Origin: Parasitella parasitica NRRL 2501 | Lineage: Eukaryota > Fungi > Mucoromycota | Assembly (NCBI GenBank): GCA_025201805.1 | Contig: MU619325.1 | Location: 73,174-137,173, forward strand | Direction of reading: 5' to 3' | DNA length: 64,000 nt | In this document: in pieces, positions 40,601 through 54,580 of the stretch | Layout: each line of letters begins with the position of its first letter | Numbering within the stretch: the first letter of the stretch is position 1 | The notes under the pieces: model-generated | Database searches by the model: none | What the model saw: the letters and a program-made list of their open reading frames with translations, nothing else | Told to the model about the DNA's origin: nothing | Position numbers and translations under genes: made by a program

Positions 40601-43600
40601 ATAACATGTAGTCCTAATTAATTCTATTCAGGGGTAAATGTGTACGGCCATCGTCTATTCGGGCCACTTCCCGACTGCTCTACCTATCTCTGTCAGTGGG
40701 AATTCGATATTGGTCGCATCACGGGCGAGATCAAGCCTTCATTCTTGTTGGGATTATCCTGCTTTGGGCAATCGTTTGCCTATAATTTGATCGACGAAGA
40801 CAATGCTGTGCCTCAAGAGTTGACGTCCAAGGATTTACCTGACGTTACTTTTATCAAATTGTATGTCCAAGAAGTGGATGTCTGTCTGATGAGTATGAAC
40901 AGTGCGACAAACATCGCCATTCAAGACGGCATTCTGCTTGAGTTTGACAACTTGATCAATGTCAAGTACAGCCAAAGAATCACCCTTAAAATACCTTCCA
41001 TCTTGGCCCGTTGTTTGGCGAACCCGGATCAGGCTCGAGGCGACTCTTCCGCAGAGGACAATGAATACTCTTGGGTAGAGGTTGCCAAAGCAGACCTAGG
41101 CCTCAATGTCTCCATATTCAGACACACCGCAGAGTGGGAAAAGGCGCGCAATGAGCAGCAAACTTTCATCCGTACACAGGATTACGCTACGCGCCGATGT
41201 GTACGTTTATACGAGGAAGTGGATACAGCGTCTCAGAGTAAGTTTTATGAAAAAAAAAAAAAAAAAAAGTTGCATGTACCAGGCAGTTGTCGTAACGCTT
41301 GTATGTTTGATAGTATCTCGATCCTCCATGCGGTCTTCAACCGAGCATTATGTAGGCATGGTGTACGCCCCTCCATTCCGGCCTTTTATGTTTGGCCGTG
41401 TGGAAGACAAGTCTGTTCTCTATGACGATAGCTCATGTGCTTCAGGTGAGCCATCTCCAGGAAGTGTGAGAGGTGCAGGCTACAGCAGAAATGGCAGCAT
41501 TAATGGGCCTAGCGCTATGATGATGCCAGGCGGGTCTGACGACGATGATGCTGACGAGCAAGAAGTTGGATCTGATTTCGAATTTGATGAAGACATGTTT
41601 GATAATTACTCTATCCACACTGGAATTTCTGGAAAGGATAACGACTCTTTCCACACCGCCAAGAACTCTGCCGAAGACGATGAGGAAGACTCTTTCTCAA
41701 TGGCAGATGACTACTCCATACACTCACGAAACTTTGGCACTGGTTCATCAAGCGATGATGCTGAATATGATTGCACGTCCTCTTCAAATCAGAAAAATGA
41801 AGACAGCAGAAATAGACGACGAAAACCAGAAAAGGATCTCAAAGCAGCTATACCCCCATCTATTCCATACAGTGATTATCTCAGAAGATTCAAGATCCTG
41901 CGTTCAAACTCTGAACACGATTATGGAGGATTTTTCCATCCTTTTATGCCACCATCTCAGCCTCATTTTGTGCCTGAAAAGGCAGACCCTGGAAACTACT
42001 CAACCCCGTACCAAGCAGCAGAAAATACAGAGCCTCACGATTACTTTTCTACTACCGAAACAGCTGATCATACAAACCATATGAGCAGCAATATCGATAG
42101 CAAAGATGCATATGGGAAGGGTAACGAAGTAATTGCTACCACTGTGATTGAAGCAACAAGGTCTGTCACTATCCTTGTTACGCCAATCTTGGTCAAAGTC
42201 GCTCAGGAATTGGCGGAAGAAATTATCAAGGACGATTGGGATTTGGAGACCATGCTGGATGCTCTTCAGATGGAGTACATTGGACAACTGACTCGCTACT
42301 TGACCAATCAGTACATTTGCACCCGCTTTGCAGTCATCCTGCCCCAAACATACTTGCACTTTATCCAAAATGCAACCGTTCCAAACGACCTGCCTTCGTA
42401 CAAGCACGGCGAATCCTTTGTCAAAACACAATACAACCCAGACGACACAATCTTGTGCTCGGCAGACCTCTTTTTGAACGAGTTCAAGATGGTTGGAAGT
42501 GTCAGATTTGAGGACTTTGCGTTTGCTGAAAAGAAGAATAAGGTGGCCGAATCCAAGCTGGTGCTACAAGAATACCGAGTGCACATTGATGCTGGCGAGA
42601 TGGGAGCAACCGTGCAGTACGTTTCCAAGCAGTATGCAAGACAATCCATTGCGTTTGGCATTCCTTATGAATCTTTGCGCAACAAAAACCTCCACAACAA
42701 CATGGCCGACCAGGAAACCTTAGTAGACGAGCTCGTGATGCTTGATCTCGCTGTCAAGGGATTCAACTTTAAACTGCTCGGCGCAAGAGTGCCAAACTTT
42801 GCCGAACTAAGTGTAGATAGTGTGGATACCATCATCATTACGGAATCTGTCGAGATTTTGGTCGGTGCTGTGTATTCCTGGCTCGTGTTTGTGGATGATT
42901 TAAAGGGCATTCTGGAGAGCTTCCAAGACCAACGCACTAGCCAGGTACAGGTGTTTATCAACGAAATTGCAAACTACTCGATCAGTCAAGGTGTTGTGGG
43001 CGATCCTGTCTTTTTAAATACCCCCGCTACTATGCTCAGGTTGGGATCGCGCAACTTTAGAGACGATTGCGGCTGGAAATTACTAGCACGTATGCGGCAT
43101 TGCTTGAGGTCTATGCCCTCATCTAAACGCGAGGAACTGCAGTACCGATTAACATCAGGAGGCGCCCTACAGGGCATTGATTCAGAAGCCATCTATGAGA
43201 ATGTGGTAAATACATTTTCTCATTGGCGTAGCTGGGAAGTTGCCTATAGTGATATCACACGTTGCCGCCTGTTTACACAGCCCTTCAACAAGACTGTAGC
43301 TCAAGATGGAGGCGAATTTGCCCCCAAGGACATGACAGATGAAGTGGTTCGCTTCCTGATATCCTCTGCTAATTTTGCCAAGGCTAAACTCGGCGAATTC
43401 AAATTTACCATTTACGAGGAAGAAACGTCTGAATCCAGTAAAGAGGAGAACAGCATATCCATCCGATCCTTAACATTTCTTCTTGAATGTCTGTTTAAAG
43501 CATCTTCTATTGCCTCTGCGCCAGAACACAGTCAAGCCAGGAATGAAAATCGAAAAACACTGGCTGTGCCAGATGGTTACCTTGATGTGGTTACAAAAGT

Positions 43601-46600
43601 GAGTTTGGGCGAAATCGACATATCTACAAATCCCATTATTTTGGCCTTTGCTAGACACATGCTTTTGGTGCAAAAGGTATTTACAGCCAAACTGCTTAAC
43701 TTGTCGCATGCAAACAGGACGTCTGCGGCCGCTGCCGCCAACAGCTCCAAATCTGCTGGTGCTGTCGCAGCTTCTTCATCCGCAGTAGCCAAAAACAAGG
43801 ACTTTAATTTTGATACTCTTCTTGGCAAGCTGGATATTGTAGCACAAGCATTACTCAGCCTGGACAAAATCCAAGTGATTGCGCATGCACAAGAATTGAG
43901 AATGGACACTACTGTGTCTGGCGTTATAGCATCTGGCCTATTCTCAAATCCCAAGCTGGCACCTCTACAGTTGTCTATGCCGACTGAACGCAATTCAGAT
44001 ACGGGATCAGGCATACGAAGCTCCAACCGCGGCCGTAAAAACAACCATGCTGATCCCCGTTTAGTCCTTGAAGCTACAAGTGGCATCAATTCAATCGACA
44101 TCAAGTTTAGGGAAGAAATTAAACACAGCAGCAGTTCTGGGTCTATTCGAAGCAACGTACTACTTGGCATCATGCTTGAGAGGGCCAATGTCAACGCCAA
44201 CATCACGCAGGTCCCCAGAATGTCAAGAAAGAATCCCCGAACAGAGATCACCAAGGATACTTTGAACATATTTTCCAACATCCACAAGTTCCATGTGCAC
44301 GTACCTCAGAGTCTTTTGCGTCTTTACGGGTTCGTGGAATCCTGGCAAACAGAGCAAGGCAGAAGGTACCATTTTATGTTTCAAAACCTGGTCAAGGAGT
44401 GGGAAGAGCAGCGAAGAGTGCAAGTTGCTGGCAGCACATCGACCGCCGCAGAAATGTCTAATGCTGCGCCTTTTGCCCTCACTGCACCTGCAACTACACG
44501 CCCCGTAGCACGACCAAAGAAGTTGAAGATGGATATCAAGCTCCAGTTCCTGCTGAACGAGTTTCTGATACAAGCTGATCTTTTGCCGTCTCTTAGCTTT
44601 GAGTATAGGATTTTGGATTTCTTTATCATGGTCAACGAAACACGACCAAAATCAGGGCTTGTTCTCAAGTATGATTTCCAGTTGTCAAAGCAGGTCGTTC
44701 ATCTCATAACAAAAGAGGACCGGAAGCACAAGCACAGCAATAGTTCCAGCACTTTTAGCATACCAGGAATCCGCAGCATAGGAACAATCAAGAATGAAAT
44801 GCACAGGGGAGCTCCTCAGCTGAAGCTCAAATCCAAGATTTCTATTGACATTATATCCTTGTCTCTCAATGCAAGCCTTATAGATTCGCTACTGACTGCC
44901 CAATCACTCGTCGGCAATGAAGTCAACGAGCTTGTTGAAGTCTTGTCGTATTCCAAGAACAAGAACTCTTCTAGAGGACCTTTAGAGAAAGTTCCTGAGG
45001 CCGGACCATCGTCGCCCGATCGAGTGTTTAAATACACCATTGATGTCTCGTTGGATGGCCTTCAAGTGTCTGCATCTAGTCCTTCTGCTTTCGGCATGTT
45101 CAGGTCTAATCTGTTGGAGGCCTCGATTTCGAATGACTGCATGAAAGGAGGAGATGCCGCTGACAAGCTTGGCTGGAAATTGCAAGCTCAAAACTTCTCG
45201 CTGTCTCTTGTTCACAATACGGTACAGGACATTGACGAGACGTTCATCGACAAAGAGGATAGTGTCTACCAAAGAAACTGCCTAGCATACATTTTGGTAG
45301 ACTTTAGCGTGCAAAACTACCTACCCACTTGCACAGCCGCAAACTGTCAAAAGGGCACGCATGCTCATGCTTGCGACACCAACAAGCAAATGGGCGCTAT
45401 TTTCATTGATTTCGCTCGCATCCAAACCGTCATGCAGCCAATTGCGCTAGGAAAATTAGCGGAAATGTACATTTATTATGATGCAGAACTTGGGAAAAAA
45501 AAGTTGATGAAGAAGGCTGAAATCGACCAACTCTCAGCAAACACAAAACGCATCGTTCAGTCTATTTCCAACAAGAATGAGTGGCCGAAATCCTTGCAAG
45601 AAGAGCCTCAGTCGTTGCTGGAAGGTAAAATCATATGTCTGCACGTCCGCCGTTTGGGCGTCGCTATTCCCCTGAAGTCTCAATCTGATCTGCCATTATC
45701 ATGCTCATCTGCTGCCGAGAGCTCAAGAGGTGTTAGTGCGCTTTTGTTGTCTGTTGTATCTATCGAGTTCATGACCAAAAATGCCGAGAAGGGTTCTCTA
45801 CAGTTGGACAATCTTGTTTTACAGTTTGTAAAGCGGTTTGACCAAAACAGGGCAGAGCATTTCCTTTCAGAGAACCATCCTCGCATGAACCACGTCAGTT
45901 TGCCCTCTATATCGTGCCACGTATCCGCTTCCAAGGTGAAGCCACTGCAATCGGTTATAATTGATGCGCATGTAAAGGGGTTTGAAGTAGACGTCGACGG
46001 CACTATTGCTGATTACATCAACACGCTCAGCAACATCTATGTCAAGTCCAAAGATCGAGTAGACGCATTCACTGCAAAAGCAAACTTCAACCAATCGAAA
46101 ACCCCTACTTTGCCTGAAGTCGAATCTCCAAGCACGTCTGAAGTCATCCATTTGGATCTTGAGTGCAGATTCCAGTGCGACAGTGGCACGATTCGCATGT
46201 ATCCTAAGCGGCACTCTAGCGACGCACACCGTAACAAGAAAAAGTCAAAGTCCATGCGTATTCGTTCGTTTTACGACCGCAAACCAAACGAAGGAAACAT
46301 GGCTATGGTCGAGCTTCCTGGGCTGAGTGCCTGGCTAATGTACCAGACGCCTCTTGGCGCCCATGCAAAAGTAATCGATGCTCCAAAGCGATTCCACGCC
46401 GATATTCTGATCCGTGAAAGCGTCAATACCCTACACCCTGCACTAGTTCAGTTCCTGATAGAGGTGGTGGCAGGCCTCAAGCTGGGCATACAGCAGTCGA
46501 GCGAGAGAAAGGCAGTGAGACCAGTCGATTCCGAGAATGAGTCTAATTTGAATGCCTCGCTGTTCTTGCGTCTCTCAAAGACCCAACTGGATCTTAGTTG

Positions 46601-48647
46601 CCAGCCCTCGTGCAAAGTAATGTGCTCCATGGGCTGGGAGGAAAGCGAATTCATGGTGAATGCGTTCTCTAAAGACACAACATCCCGTACGATCAGCTGT
46701 GTAGGCTCTGTCAGAGAAATCACTACTGTGGTCAAGCATAACTTTTCTCCAGAAGCTTGCTTGACGGCTCGCGTTGATCGCATCTTGTTCAATGTTATGC
46801 TTACATCGCAAAGAGAAGGCGGGAAACTGAAAGACGACATATCTGTCATTATAGATCTGCCAAATGTGCTGGGCGACCTCAACATGCGGCATTTGCAAGA
46901 CCTTCTTATGCTTTATACCTGCTGGTTTGTGCAACCCATCGACCGTGCTCCCAAGTCCTCCAAGTCTCCAGCAGCAGCAGCAGCAGCAGCAGCAGATGTG
47001 CAGTTTATCGATAAGCACAGATCTCAAGCATCGACATCAGACAACGACGATTCATCCATGGAAGAAGCACCGGCACCATTTTCAAAGCATGTTGCAGTTG
47101 GCATAAAAGATATGAAATTCTCTGTTGATCTTGGTCAGAACATTGGAATAATCACCTTGATACCAAGTACGCTATCATTCCAACTTCACCATATACCTCA
47201 TGAGACAAAGGGGCTCAGCTTAATACTGGAAAAAATCAAGGTTTTATCCGAAGGACGATTAGTAGGTAAAGCTATATTCCTTCAATCTGTTATCTATGGT
47301 CGTGTGGATCAATCCATAAACAATGGGCAAGCCAAAGAAAACGCAGCTGTTTGTGTACGCTCTGAAGGTTTTACTGCAGCCTTCGAGTACGAGTACCAGA
47401 ATATCTTGGATGCATCACAGCAATGTCTGGAACTAAATGTCAATTTCCTCAGAAACGCAAACAGATATGATCTGCAAGTCTCCATCAATTTGGATGCTTT
47501 GATAGCCAGACTGTCGATAAAGACTGTGCCTGTAATCATTACAATGATGCAGAAGTTTGATGAGCTCCTGAAGAAGAAGAAATCAGAGGCTGGCATGGGG
47601 CCGGATTACTACGATACCGAGATGCCAAAGACGATGGTTATTGCACGGAACCACTTGCTGTCAGAAGAAGAAGAAAGACAGAACGATCTGTATGAAAATT
47701 CGTCTGTACAAAGTCGAGTCATTCTCTGCATCAAGGCTGTTGAGTTTATCATTTATCCCAGTCAATTTCAAGATTCGGATAATGTGGATGTCCGAGCAAA
47801 ACAATTCAAAGTCGACTTGCAAGAGTTGCCACGCACTGCAGAAGGTATCCATAGAAAAGTGGTCATCACTCTTTTCAGTGCTGCATTGGCAAAGAATGTG
47901 CCCAGCATTGAACTCATGGACCGCTACAGCCGACCATTGCCTCCTCCTGGATCAAAAGTCAGAAACCTAGGCGGAACCAAGATCTTTGGTATCCCAGGTA
48001 CAGAAATCAGCATGGAGTCTACGCAATTGGATAGACACATCACGCATGAGTTTGCTGCAAACTTTGCTGGCCGTATTGGCGTTTCGCTAAATATTGGGTT
48101 AATCAAACACTTGCAAGAAATGATCAATATGTTCAACATGCAAGTCGAGCGTGCCTTTGTAAAGGACAAACCATATTTCTCGCCTTTACCAAGTCTTTCT
48201 GGTAGTTCCAACAACTTTGAAGAGCTTAATGAACTTATGGATAACAAGCGAAGAGAGCTACTGATATCGGGCTCGTCTAGCTCAACCACTCCTCCTCTCG
48301 CTCCTGCCCCAGCTACTTCTGCTCCTACCACATCTGCTGCTTCTTTGCAAGCAGAGGGAATCGAAAAGAAAGAAGAGCCACCAAAGAAGGAGGAGCCACC
48401 AAAGAAGGAGGAATTGCCGAAAAAAGAGGAAGAAAAGAGCGCTCCAGTTGAGAAATATACCTATACATCTGTTAACTCTGTCAATTTCCAGCCTCAACTG
48501 CAAGTTATGGGCGAGGCTACTCCACCTGTTGAATGGCTTGGCTTGAAGAGAGAGCGCATTCCAGGATTAGTTCATGAAAATATTACGCTGCATTTAGATC
48601 AAATGACCAAGGTTATTTGGCGTTTCCTGGAATCTCAAGCTGATTAG
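37654..48647 (+). CDS. CSF1: Csf1 / BLTP1 (KIAA1109/Tweek) bridge-like lipid transfer protein, over 3000 aa
   Basis: N-terminal TM plus FFLFYFNR.LG, SLLGGRILFKNLRY, LTYYADYAG, IHYGAWADRQR, LLRDHVFLLQD, YGHRLFGPLP; C-terminal FQPQLQVMGEATPPVEWLGLKRERIPGLVH. The final exon is about 7.3 kb; ORF 41106-48647 includes an intron near 41238-41312. Confidence 0.92.
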
Positions 48648-48844
48648 TTTCATAGATACACAGAAAATCGTTCTCTTTTATTTAATAAACATGTCCTTTT
48701 TGAATCATTTAAAAATTGTTCCTTGACTCAAATCAACTATTTACTGGCCGGATGTTCAATTTGAGGTGCAAGACAAATTGGCTTTTGATCAAGATATTGA
48801 TAAAAGTTGCACTTTTTCTTTCAAAAAAACAAAAAGAAAAAATT

Positions 48845-51800
48845 ATGCTGCCACGTACAGGCCTGCTAATCATTGGTGTGATCTTTCACATTGTATACTT
48901 GTTTAGTATCTTTGACATATACTTTACTTCGCCACTTGTGCATGGCATGAAACCACACAAAAGTCCAGTAGACCCTCCTGCTGATAGACTTGTATTGATT
49001 GTAGGCAGGTAGCGAGTAATTCGAGATTTTACAGCAAAAAAAAACTAACTTCTTTATAGGGGATGGATTAAGAGCTGATAAACTATTCGAATTGGACGCA
49101 AACCAACAAACCAGAGCACCTTTTTTCAGAAACATAATAGAGAGCAAAGGCACCTGGGGTGTTTCTCATACGCGTGTGCCTACAGAATCCAGACCAGGAC
49201 ATGTCGCAATCATTGCTGGTTTCTATGAGGATGTCAGTGCTGTCACCACTGGTAAATCTGCTTCGAAGCGTCTGCCCTGAAAATACCGCCTCTAACTTTG
49301 TCATCATAGGTTGGTCAATGAACCCCGTTAATTTCGATTCAGTCTTCAATCAATCACATCATACTTGGTCTTTTGGGTCGCCGGATATTCTGCCAATGTT
49401 TCAGCAAGGCGCCAGTGATCCTAGCAGAATCGAAACGTTCATGTATCCTGCAGAGTATGAAGATTTCACGGGAGGTTAGTCTGGTTGCATTTGAGGATCG
49501 TAATAGACATTCATGGTTCTACTGTAGAGGGTTCCAAGTTGGATGTATGGGTGTTTGATCATGTAAAGGAGCTTTTCGAAAAGGCAGAAGTTGATAAAGC
49601 ATTAAATGAAAAATTGCGCCAAAAGAAGATTGTCTTCTTTTTGCATTTACTCGGACTGGACACGAATGGCCATGGATTCAGACCAATGTCCAAAGAGTAC
49701 TTGGACAATATCAAATTGGTAGATCGAGGCGTCAAAGAGACGGTTCAGCTGATTGAAGATTTCTACGAGAACGACGGCAAGACAAGCTATGTATTTACAG
49801 CTGATCATGGAATGAATAACAGAGGCGGCCATGGCGATGGACATCCTGACAATACTCGCACTCCTATCATAGCCTGGGGTGCCGGTGTGCGCAAACCTAT
49901 CAAATCACACCTTGGACACGATGAATTTTCAGCGCCATGGGGATTAAATCACATTCAACGTGATGATATTCAACAAGCTGATATTGCGCCTCTGATGGCA
50001 CATTTGATTGGTATTGATTTCCCAGTAAATTCAGTGGGTGAACTCCCATTGAGCTATTTGGATGCTGATGAAAAGACTAAAGCTGAAGCTGCTTTCTCCA
50101 ACGCTCGTCAGATTCTAGAACAGTATCAAGTAAAGCATAGTAAGTTTTTTTTTTTTTGGCTTGTTAATGATTTCGGCTTCTTACACTGTATATATCAGAT
50201 CAAAAGGAGGAGCTTGAGCTCTTCTTTAGACCATTCTCTCAATTATCAGGAAGAAATGACCCCGATGTGCTTGTTATTGAGATTCAAGCTTTGATCAATG
50301 GCCACCAATACATTTTAGCAGAGAGAAAGTCAAGAGAGCTCATGACTCACTGTCTTGAGGGCTTACGCTATTTCCAAACTTACGACTGGCTCTTCTTGAG
50401 AAGTGTGGTAACTGCTGGCTACATTGGATGGTGCATATTCTGTCTTGAGTTTGTGGTTCGCAACTTTGTCCTTCGTTCGCAATCTCAGCTGTCTTTGTCG
50501 ATCAAATCTTGCCTCACAGTAAGTACAGATATTTTGCCCATTGCAGATACTTATAGGCTTTGCCAGATTGATTTCTTCTCGTTGGTGATCCTCGGTGGCC
50601 TATATTCCATGCTGTGGATTCAGAAAATGCCCAAGTTGTACTATGCCTACGTGCTATTCCCTGTGTATTTCTGGAATCAGATTCTTCGTAACTATCGTTC
50701 ATTGTCTGGTGCGTTGCGACTTGGTATAAAGAATGGCCTTGTCAAATCTGCCACTGCTGTCATTGCAGCCTTACTATTTCTGGAAGCTTTGGTGTTTAGC
50801 TTTTTTCACCGTGAAATGTTAAGTGCCATATTTATTCTATTGTCTGCTTGGCCTTTGGTGATGCCGTCAAGAGTTCGATCTGAAAACAAATTCCTTCTTG
50901 CGAGTTGGGCTGTATCATGCATTTGCACTAGTGTCTTTACACTCTTGCCGGTTGAAAAAGGCCAGGACATCAATCTTGTGTAAGTCTTTCAGAGAGGCAA
51001 TCGAAAAAATAGAAACCAACAAGCTTTATAGTGTACTAGGAGGTATATTTGGCGTCTTGGCAGGTGTGTTTGCTCTACATAATCTCAAACAAAACCATCG
51101 CATTAGCAAGCTCCAAAGTGCTATCATTACCGTGCAGTTATTTGCAACAGTTGCTAGCATTTTTCTTGTTTGGTCTACTGCTTCAAGTCTTCAAAAACGT
51201 GAAGGGCTCCCTGCATTCAATCAGATAGCTAGTTGGGTTATCATTTGTAAGATGAGATGACTATTCAGGTCTTTATTTAATTATATAACTCACCTCTATT
51301 TTTCTTTTTTTTTCGCAGCCATTTCAAGTATTTCTCCATTTGTTTATCGTGGAAAGTCATCTGATGATTACTTGACAAGATTGCTAATCATCTGTTTTGC
51401 GTTTGCTCCTTTGATGACTTTACTCAGTATCTCATATGAACTACTGTTTTATGTCTTTTTCTGCACTACGGTCCTCATTTGGCTTGAAGTCGAACGTGCA
51501 TTATACAAGGGCACTCGCTCAGCTGCTAATCGACCACTCAAAGGTAGCGATGGTCGTGCTGTTCTGTTCTTTTTATTCTTTATCGATGTTGCTTTCTTCG
51601 GTACTGGCAATGTAGCTTCGATGAGTAGTTTCTCACTGGAGAGTGTCTACAGGTTCACAACTATCTTTAATCCTTTCCTGATGGGCGCCCTCCTGATCAT
51701 CAAGATCTTGATCCCCTTCTTTGTTGCTTCGTCTGTACTTGGTATACTCAGCTCCAGTGTCGATCTCCAGCCTTTTACTTTATTCTTGGCCGTCTTGAGT

Positions 51801-52013
51801 ATATCAGACATTCAAACTATCAATTTCTTTTTCCTTGTCACTGACTATGGAAGTTGGCTTGAGATTGGTTCTTCTATTAGCCATTTCTGTATAGCAGAAT
51901 TATTCATCATCTTTACAATGATCCTGTTTCTCTTGTCTAGACTCTTGGTTGGGCGCCTTGTCTTGCCAAAGCTCAACAAGATGATCAGTCAAATGAGACC
52001 TAAAAGTTTATAA
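48845..52013 (+). CDS. MCD4: GPI ethanolamine-phosphate transferase 1 (Mcd4/PIGN)
   Basis: [107 protein letters not shown]. Confidence 0.95.
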
Positions 52014-52505
52014 AATTATCGACTCTCTTATTATTCTTATTATTAAACTTTTACATGACAAGTAAATTATATCAATCTCTGAAAAACCTACACCAGCATG
52101 AAAAGAAATAATTTTACCAGATAGCGGCAGTGTTCTTCAAGTTCAATCGCGGTTTTAGAGTGGATTTGGTAATAAGTTATAGGAGCGAACGACGACTAGC
52201 CTCCCATTATAAGATATTGCCGCTGCAATATCATTTCATTTCAAATGGAAATAATGTGAAGTGTCGTACAATTGACGCACTTAAGAATTTGACAGGATAT
52301 GTATACTATTCTAATACCGTAGAAAACCTCTCTCTTGACGATCGAACGGTACCACTATAGCAAGATATTATGATTGTGATATCTAAAAATCTAAGAACAT
52401 GTTGGATCGCTAGACGCATGCCTAAGAAATCTGCAATGTCTAATGAGAGTAACGCTCTACTTGCCATGTTGAGGTATAATTCCATCAAGACCCTTGTTTG
52501 AGCAG

Positions 52506-52537
<32 letters not shown>

Positions 52538-52787
52538 GCTTCACGATCATACAATAGTGTTGAATTACAATATGCATCATAATTACCTGGAGTTTTGTAG
52601 CATAACCACATAACTTAATGAAGAGGACAATATATCTTTTTTTACCACTGTTAAAGCGAGCAACCAAGTTTTACATTGCTGTTTACCGTCAAGAGGATAG
52701 TTTAGATATTTATTAAAAAAAAAGCAAAGGGTAATGTAGATTGAAAAATACAGCAAAGGATACCCAGATTCAAATGTGTCGACCGAT

Positions 52788-53535
52788 AATGCCTGTGGGA
52801 AGCGTGATCTTATCAATGATGTCGGTGGAAACTAGTGGAGTCCCTGTTCTGAACCATTAATCACTGCTACTAAACATTGCAATCAATCTTTTTCTCTTCT
52901 TCACATTTTCATATCCATTTTTCATTTCATTTTCACTTACAAAAGAAACAGGAAGGTCCTTTGAACAGGATGAAAGCTTTTACCAATTCAGGTAATAAAA
53001 GAAATTCTCTTTCTCATCTTTGTATATAGAAGCTGGCTTGAGGACGCAGAGAAGTTGGAACCGTGTCAGCATTTATTTACTTTAGTATCTGTACAAAACG
53101 ACTCCTCGCGTTGAATTTGTTCATGATTTTGATCGCATCAGCGTCCTTCTCTGTATTGATAAAATTTTGCAGCATAGACTTATAGATTACATTGGTAGTA
53201 CCCGGGCCCATCTTGAAAGTGTCTGCGAATTCAAAATAGGTGTACGGCTCCTCCAACTTCTCTGCGTCCTCAAACCAGCTTCTATCTGCAAAATGAGAAA
53301 GAGAATTTCTTTTATTACCTGAGGTGGTACAAGCTTTCATCCTGTTCAAAGGACCTATCTGTTTCTTTTGTGAGTGCATTGAAAAATGGATATGAAAATG
53401 AAATTGAAAATGAAAATGTGAAGAAGAGAAAAAAGATCGGTTGCAATGGTTAGTGGCAGTGATTAATGGTTCGGAACAAGGACTCCATTAGTTTTCACAG
53501 ACATCATTGATCAGATCATGCTTTCCACAGGCATT
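52788..53535. repeat. Long inverted repeat (foldback): arms 52788-53059 and 53252-53535, spacer about 190 bp
   Basis: The left arm aatgcctgtgg..ggtcctttgaacaggatgaaagctt..gaggacgcagagaagttgga is the reverse complement of the right arm; roughly 85% identical by eye. Confidence 0.9.
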
Positions 53536-53567
53536 TTTAGACAAAGATGATCACAACCCGATAAAAG

Positions 53568-53738
53568 AACGTGAAAGCCTCTTTGCTGATAAATTTTGAT
53601 AGACACATTGCCGAGTGGAAACCAAGTTATGCTCAGATAGCGATGACCATGCCCATTTTAATAAAGTATAAGACAAGCTTTATGTTATTCTTTATCATAG
53701 ACCTACAGTAATTATTATATAATATGCAATTTTCGTAT
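53568..53738 (+). repeat. Dispersed repeat, copy 2 (copy 1 at about 5673-5836)
   Basis: Same-orientation match to 5673-5836. Confidence 0.8.
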
Positions 53739-54580
53739 GGTTCCTGTTGATAGCTTTATAATTTTTGTGATTAATTCCTACGACGCCTCTTGGTGCACTG
53801 CAAATATATTTTACGACTTTGTCTAATAATGTAATTTAGGCCATCATGGCAATACCAAGATAGGGCAGATTTTATCGATTGTGAAGGTGCGAATCAATTA
53901 TTTGAGACGTCGCATCATCATCATCCCAAGTATGTTACTGGGTCAATATCAATAATAAATATATATCAAACTGAAATCAATAATACTGAATCTGTACTTC
54001 TATTATGTTCATCGTTGTTAGTGCTATCATACTGCACTATTGGTTATTTCAGATATGACGATCTAAGAGCATCTCCAATGGAGATCTGCTTTTTTGGAAG
54101 TGCTAATTTGATACGAAAATTTTAGAAATCAAGCGACATAATTCTCATAAATCATCATTTAAATGGTTGTTTTCGATGGATATTTTGATATAATATTTGT
54201 TCAAAATTAATTTGTGTAATATCTGAGATTATGTAATTGAGGTTTCTGGAATAATATGATATTGATTTATCAATAAAATATATAGAGTATTTATACTATT
54301 TGATATTCGGTTGAAATAATATGTTTTGGTTATTCGGTTATATATATTTGATATGGTTAAGAAGGGCCTTGATACCAGAAAGATAATGGTAACTACCCAC
54401 CGGCCTTGGTTCGCGGTTAGGGAATCATCTTGGAACACCTCGAGGGTTACCACCAACACAAATTTCAATATCGCTTTTTAAAAAATAACGGCCAAACTTG
54501 GCTTCCTGGCAATCTTATTTTAAGCTTTTGCTAAATATGGCACCCTGTTTACCTGGTCCGTTGGAGACCGTTTTTATTTA

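Noticed and set aside
41106-41312. N-terminus of the 2513-aa ORF as a separate gene start
   Set aside because: It reads through an intron (GTAAGT at about 41238, poly-A, ending near 41312); the upstream exons are the Csf1 N-terminal domain.
41442-48503. Numerous antisense and alternate-frame ORFs within CSF1 (up to 236 aa), and similar ones in the OYE, permease, ATG22 and MET17 genes
   Set aside because: Shadow ORFs of real coding sequence with no recognisable motifs.
52506-52536. Long poly-A as a retroelement tail
   Set aside because: Long A/T homopolymers are common throughout the window; no target-site duplication or retroelement body recognised.
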